A DNA stretch of 64,000 bases from contig MWEH01000138.1 of assembly GCA_002070965.1 (NCBI GenBank), positions 20,499 through 84,498 on the forward strand, read 5' to 3'. The position numbers and the translations under genes are program-made. Positions within the stretch are counted from its first letter, which is position 1. The number at the start of each line of letters is the position of its first letter. The notes beneath the pieces were generated by a model. It had not been told where the DNA came from and made no database searches. It was given only the letters and a program-made list of their open reading frames with translations. This DNA is from Firmicutes bacterium ADurb.Bin080. Its GTDB lineage: Bacteria; Bacillota; Clostridia; Christensenellales; DTU072. Positions 41,601 to 47,600 of the stretch are shown piece by piece.

Positions 41601-44600
41601 GCTAAGCAGATCTTTGGTGTGGAGTGGAGACCTAGCCACGTACACATACAATGGGTTTGACCAAATTGCTAATATAGGTGTCTATTATGAGTTGGTTAAC
41701 AATGATATAGTTCTTGGTGACGATGAAAATGAACTAGATCTTTCTTCCTCATTGAAGTACAGTACTGTAACGGGCGGTCCTTATTCGGGCGTGTCGACAT
41801 TCTTAACCGCAGGTTATTACTTGTTTGAAGCAGCTATGGATGACCCAAATTATTCTTTTGCTACTGAAACTAAGGAGATTCGGATATTCAAGGCAGATAT
41901 TGAGCTGTATTTCCTTAGCAATAATGTTACATATAATACACAAACCCATTATATTAGCGCTGGAACTAGCAATTCAGTGGTAAATACATCACCTCCTGAA
42001 CAGATATCCTTATTTGCAAATGATGTTGCAACAGTCACTTATACTTACACTACCGACCCATTAGGCTTTGATTACAGTGGATTATGGGCTTCTTTTGTTG
42101 GGGCAGTAAATGCAGGGATATATTATTTGAAAGCGGAAATTTTAAGCGGAGATATTACTAACGGATATACAAACTATAATGTATGGGATAACAAGCAAGC
42201 AACTTTAACTATCAATACAGCAACAATTACGGGTATTTCTCTTTCCGGGGGAGGAACTTATACTTACGATGGACTTGTACATGAAGTATCGCTAACTGGA
42301 TCCTCCACCCAATATAGTGAATCTGTACCTTATCTATATAGTATGGTCCCGACAGACACTGCTATAGTGTATGGAGGGGCAGTTTATGAAAATAGGGCAA
42401 AGAGTGCAGGTTTCTATGTTATCTCTGCGGTGGTAAATGGATCTTCTCAGGATGGCTATAATCCAAATTATAAGACCCTAAACTTGTCTTCCAATCTCAC
42501 AATAGAAAAAGCTGTTATGTATAACTTTACCGATAGTTCTACTCAATTCTATTTCTTGAATGAGAACATAACATATGATGGAATAACATATTTCATAAAC
42601 GTAAAATACACCAACATATCCGGCCTTGCAACTAGCAATATTACAACCCTAGATATAAGACCCGCAAATTCTACAACTTTCGCTGGAGATACCGCCCTAG
42701 TTGAATATTGGTATACGACTACATTTGGTGGAGCTTATAATACGACATTTAATGGGGTTAAGAATGCAAATACCTATTATTTGAAATCAATTTTAAAGAA
42801 TGATAATTATATTGAACAGGAATATACAGCCACTTTTGTTATTGATCAATTTGATGCCACCGTTGTATGGGAGGGGTTCTTGGATACTTATACGTACAAT
42901 GGTTTAGACCAAATCGGGAGTATCGGGGCCTATTACACCTTGGTTCCCGCTGATGTAAGTGGAGGGGAAAGCCATCACTTTGTAAATTTATCTCTTGAGT
43001 GGTCCTCTTCTGGGAATGTAGGCACTTACGCTAGTATCGCCGCCTTTATGAGAGCTGGTTATTATATTGCATCAGTTCAAAGTGACAATCCAAATTATAA
43101 TTTTGTGCATGGTACTCCTACCCAAGATTTGGATAAAGAAATAGTTATTAATAAGGCAAACGTAAATAGGTTTATGGTAAATAATACTTTGACATATGAT
43201 GGATTTACCCACTATATCAGTGTTGGACCAAGCAGTATTAATCCAAGAGATGAATATGCGACTTCTGGGACCTTATTAGGCGCAGACCAAGCTACATTTA
43301 CTTATAAATACAAAACAGACCCCAACCCGTTGGTTGATTATATTGACGATTTTTCAGGCAAGAGAGATGCTGGAACCTTCTATCTAAAAGCCTTTTTATC
43401 AATCACTGCAAATGACCATGGTGGTTCTGATAACTACATTTCTTGGCCAGATGTTAATAATAGTGAATCGGATATAGCAACATTAACAATTGCGAGAAGA
43501 CAACTTACAATCAGTCCTACAATTGATTGGAGTAAGATTTATGACAGCACCACTAACTCTCCCAGCTTCAGTGCTTCTAATTTTGTTGTAAATGAATTGA
43601 GTGAAGATGAATCCACAACTCATACTGTAACAGGAAGCTACGATAACAAAAATGTGGGAACAAATAAAACAATTATTTTTGATATAAGAGTTATATCCAC
43701 CAATGAAGTAAGCAATAATTATTATGCATCTTCCGTTAATATCGGTGTAATCACAGTTCATACACTAATAGCTACTGATCCTGTTGAAGGATGGACGATG
43801 GTCTATTCTGGATCTAATTATTTCGGAGCTGTTACAAGTTTCGAAGAAACTCCTATTTTCCATGGGATATATGATGGAGATAATCTTACCGTTTCAGCTT
43901 TCTTTAATACAAAGAATGTAAGTTCTGCTGATACAATTAACTTCAGCCTTTCTGGAACAGACCAAAATAACTACTATATGTCCTCTATTAATTCGGGTGT
44001 ATCCATTACTAAACTTGATGTAGATGCTTTCTGGGCAGATACTGAATTGGTATATGATGGAACGGTTCGTTCTTCAACCTCATATTTCAATTTGGTGGGC
44101 AATGACAGAACTATTGAAAACGATGGAAAAGCAAGCTTAATTGTTATTTTCTACTCTGATGTGAATCATACTCCAGGCAATGAAATTTCTGAGTATCGTA
44201 ATGCAGGAACTTATTATGCCTTGGCCACAATTAATCCACTCGATCAAGACTTGGGTGCGGAACCATACGTAAATAACTATAATATTACAATTTCGGAAGC
44301 TGCAGTAACATGCACAATTGCTCCTATAGCTATAGATATAGATTGGTACGGGATAGAAGGAATCGAGTATGTATATAACGGAGAAGATTTGTTGATTTCC
44401 GATATTTACGGAACTATCACAGTAGTAGGAACAGATGTTAATATTGTTGGGAGTGCAACTGCTGAATTATCCCTAGAGGTACTCAAGGGAGGAATTCAAG
44501 TTTATGCTATTAGGAATGCTGGAATATACACCCTTGTCGCCTATTTGGATTATCAATATCCAGGTGGGGTTGAAATGGGTATTAATTATGATTTAGGAGA

Positions 44601-47600
44601 TAACAACAAAGAAGTCACTATTGAAAAAGCTGAAGTAACAAATGTTGTCTTTGGTGATGGGACTGAAACTCTAGAAGATAGTTTTACGTATACGGACGGA
44701 ATTCCCTATAGATATTTTGCAATCCCTTCAGGTGGAAGTGATTACTTCTCCTCGGTTTTTGCAACTTTATATTATGAGTATGATCCAGCAATTGAGTTGG
44801 TGGTGACTTATGGTGGTGGAGACACAACATCAGTTGGTGTGACTGGGAACAATGCAATAAAGAATGTGGGAACTGGAAGTTATTCAATTTCAGGGAATGT
44901 AATTGAGACAGAAAACTATTTGTCTTGGAGTGGAACCATCCAAGTTGAAGTATACAAGGGAGATATAGAGGATGATTTCTTCTTTGAAGATAACATCATT
45001 ACTTATGTTGGGCAATATGTAGCTATTTTTGTTACTAACGCCGAGGGTACTCCAAACATGGAAGAGGGAGATGTCTTTTATGAAGACAGCACTAGCCCAA
45101 TTATCATATATACTTACTTGGTTTTAGATGCTATGGGAGGATATGTTGTTGTTGATGATGTAGTACTTGTATATGATCCTATTGAACATTCTGGATTGGA
45201 TAGATATTCTTATTCAGCCTTTACGAATACAATTGCAAGAAATGCTCAAAAGTATTATATTAATGCTCTGATTTCTGAATCTTCAAACTACTTTGGATGG
45301 GAAGGAAATGCCATACTTGAAATTGAACCACTTCTGAGTAATGTAAAATGGGAATTCGATAACCAACCTATTAATAATGCTGTTATTCAATTTAATGGAT
45401 ATGATCAATTTGAGAAAGTATCGGCGTATATAGACGCAGTTGGAACAGATGGAACAAACAACAGAATTTCACTAGATATTACTAGTTTCTCTTCTCAGGA
45501 CTTGTGGTCATATATCTATGGACAGGGTATCAGCGATTATGAATATAACGGGGGTCTCGCTGATGAGTTTAGAATTGCCGGAGATTATGATGCATCTAGT
45601 TATTTCGACTCAAATGACATAGGCGCTCCAAGATACTACAGCCAAAATTATCGTTTAATGAACGGAACAGATAACGTAACTTTAACTATGCAAAAATATG
45701 AGGTCGGTATTAATTGGTATGAGATGGGTACTACTGATTTGTATGATCCATTAACTCCCTATGTATATGATGGTGAGGAACATGGAGTTGATCCTATAGG
45801 GTATGGACTTTTTGAAATACCCTCAGGAAATACCTATTATTCCGATTCAGGGTTATCAATTTCAGTCGGAACTTTGACCACTGAGCATATAGTTGTTTAT
45901 ATTAATTCTACATATTCAGTATTTATTGGAAACGGAACGGATGGAGTTGATGGAAATACATATTATGTAAGTTCTTCGGATTGTTCGGAAATTTTGATTC
46001 CTATTGTTCTTCAATCTGACCGGCAAACAAACGCAGGTGAATATACCGCACAAGTTAATAGAATTTTGGGTGGATCGGTCGCTGAGATTGTAAATCCTCT
46101 TGCTTGGTCAGAAGGATCTGTCGGTTCCGGATATCTATTTGACTATAATTATATCCTCCCAAGTGAATCGCTTGGTGGGACCTCTAGAATAATGAATTGG
46201 GAAATATTAAAACGTCAGCTGTTCTTGTCAATGGATGATACTGCTTCTCTATATAAATATTACGATGGATCTTCTTTGTTTAGTCTTGGAGAGACCACAG
46301 TTGTCCCGACTATCGAAACAATTGAAGGAATAGATGTTCGAGATGAATTGCGAACAACTATTGCAGGCGATGGTTACTTTGATTGGTTAATTGAAAATAT
46401 TGTAGATGGGGATGAACTGAATATTAATCTTACCTTACAGGCAATCAGAGCTTACTACAGAGAGATAGGTTTTGATGATGTGGAAAAGTCAAACATAAAA
46501 GCAAACGTAATTAATATTCTGTTTGAAACATTTAGCAATGCTAATTATTATCTCTTCGATATTGAGTCTTCTCAAGAGAGCGGAGTAACCTTTGAAGTGG
46601 ATAGAAGTTTAACTTCTACCCCTCTAGATCCAGAAGTAATATTGAAGAGGCCAGTATCCATGGTTAAGAGTGAGACTGCAGGACATATGTACAATGGCCT
46701 AGGGGTTGATATTACATACGATTCTTCTTCTAATACTAGGATTGTCACAGATACGATATTGTTTGCCACAATGATAGATGGGATAACAGCCTTCGAATTA
46801 AATGAGTTGTACGAGGGAAATTACTTTGTAGGAAGGGGTTATATATCGGGCTATGACTACACTGGTTTACAGGCCGTTAGTGGAGTTAATGCGAAAGATG
46901 CTGGTACATACGATATAGTAATACAGGCTGGATTAACATCTGTGGATTCAGAGAGTATGGAAAATTATGACATTTCAATTTCAAATGAACCGCTGGATGG
47001 ATTGTATACAATTACTCCAAGAGAAATAAAGATTTATTATAACTATGACTTACAATGTTTTGAAGAAATCGCTGCTAGTAATATAAGATCTGTAAGCGTA
47101 AACTCTTTGGGAATACCTTTTGATACAGTGGATTTAAGCGAAATCGAATTTAACAATCTTTTGACTTCGGATAATGTATTGACATCATCATTTAGTCTAA
47201 CTAATAGTTGGACAACTGATATCCTTACAAAATCTTTCTACAACAGATACGTTGGAAGTTCTGATAATCCGGAAGAACTTCTATATATTACGATTCCCGA
47301 TCAAAGAGACAGAAATAATTATTCATATAATGTACCAGTTTTGCAAATAACTTCAATTGGACTCACAAATCCAAGTGCTGGATTAAGCGATTATAAATTT
47401 ACAGTAAATGATGCAAATGATGTCTCTGAATTAGGAAGAGACATTGAAGGTTTGATGTATTCAAAGATTACTTACGGAGTTGGATTAGAGGCTGAATTTG
47501 AATATACGCAAACAAATGATATTTATGCAATAAGTGGCAACACAAACTCTTCCACCCAAACACCTAGTGGTTTTGATGGAGTATATTATGGCCAAGGATA

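Larger units (their letters stand above)
18130..47350 (+). repeat. Array of roughly 100 diverged MBG-like (YGX/YDG-type) adhesin repeats of about 85-105 aa
   Basis: A recurrent pattern: W-x-I-x-(K/P)-x-hydrophobic...(Y/F)(T/V)Y(N/D)G..(Q/H)......SG(I/L)..GD......A.NAG.Y.......G....NY.L. It resembles the Pfam MBG domain consensus from memory. The count is a by-eye estimate. Confidence 0.7.
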
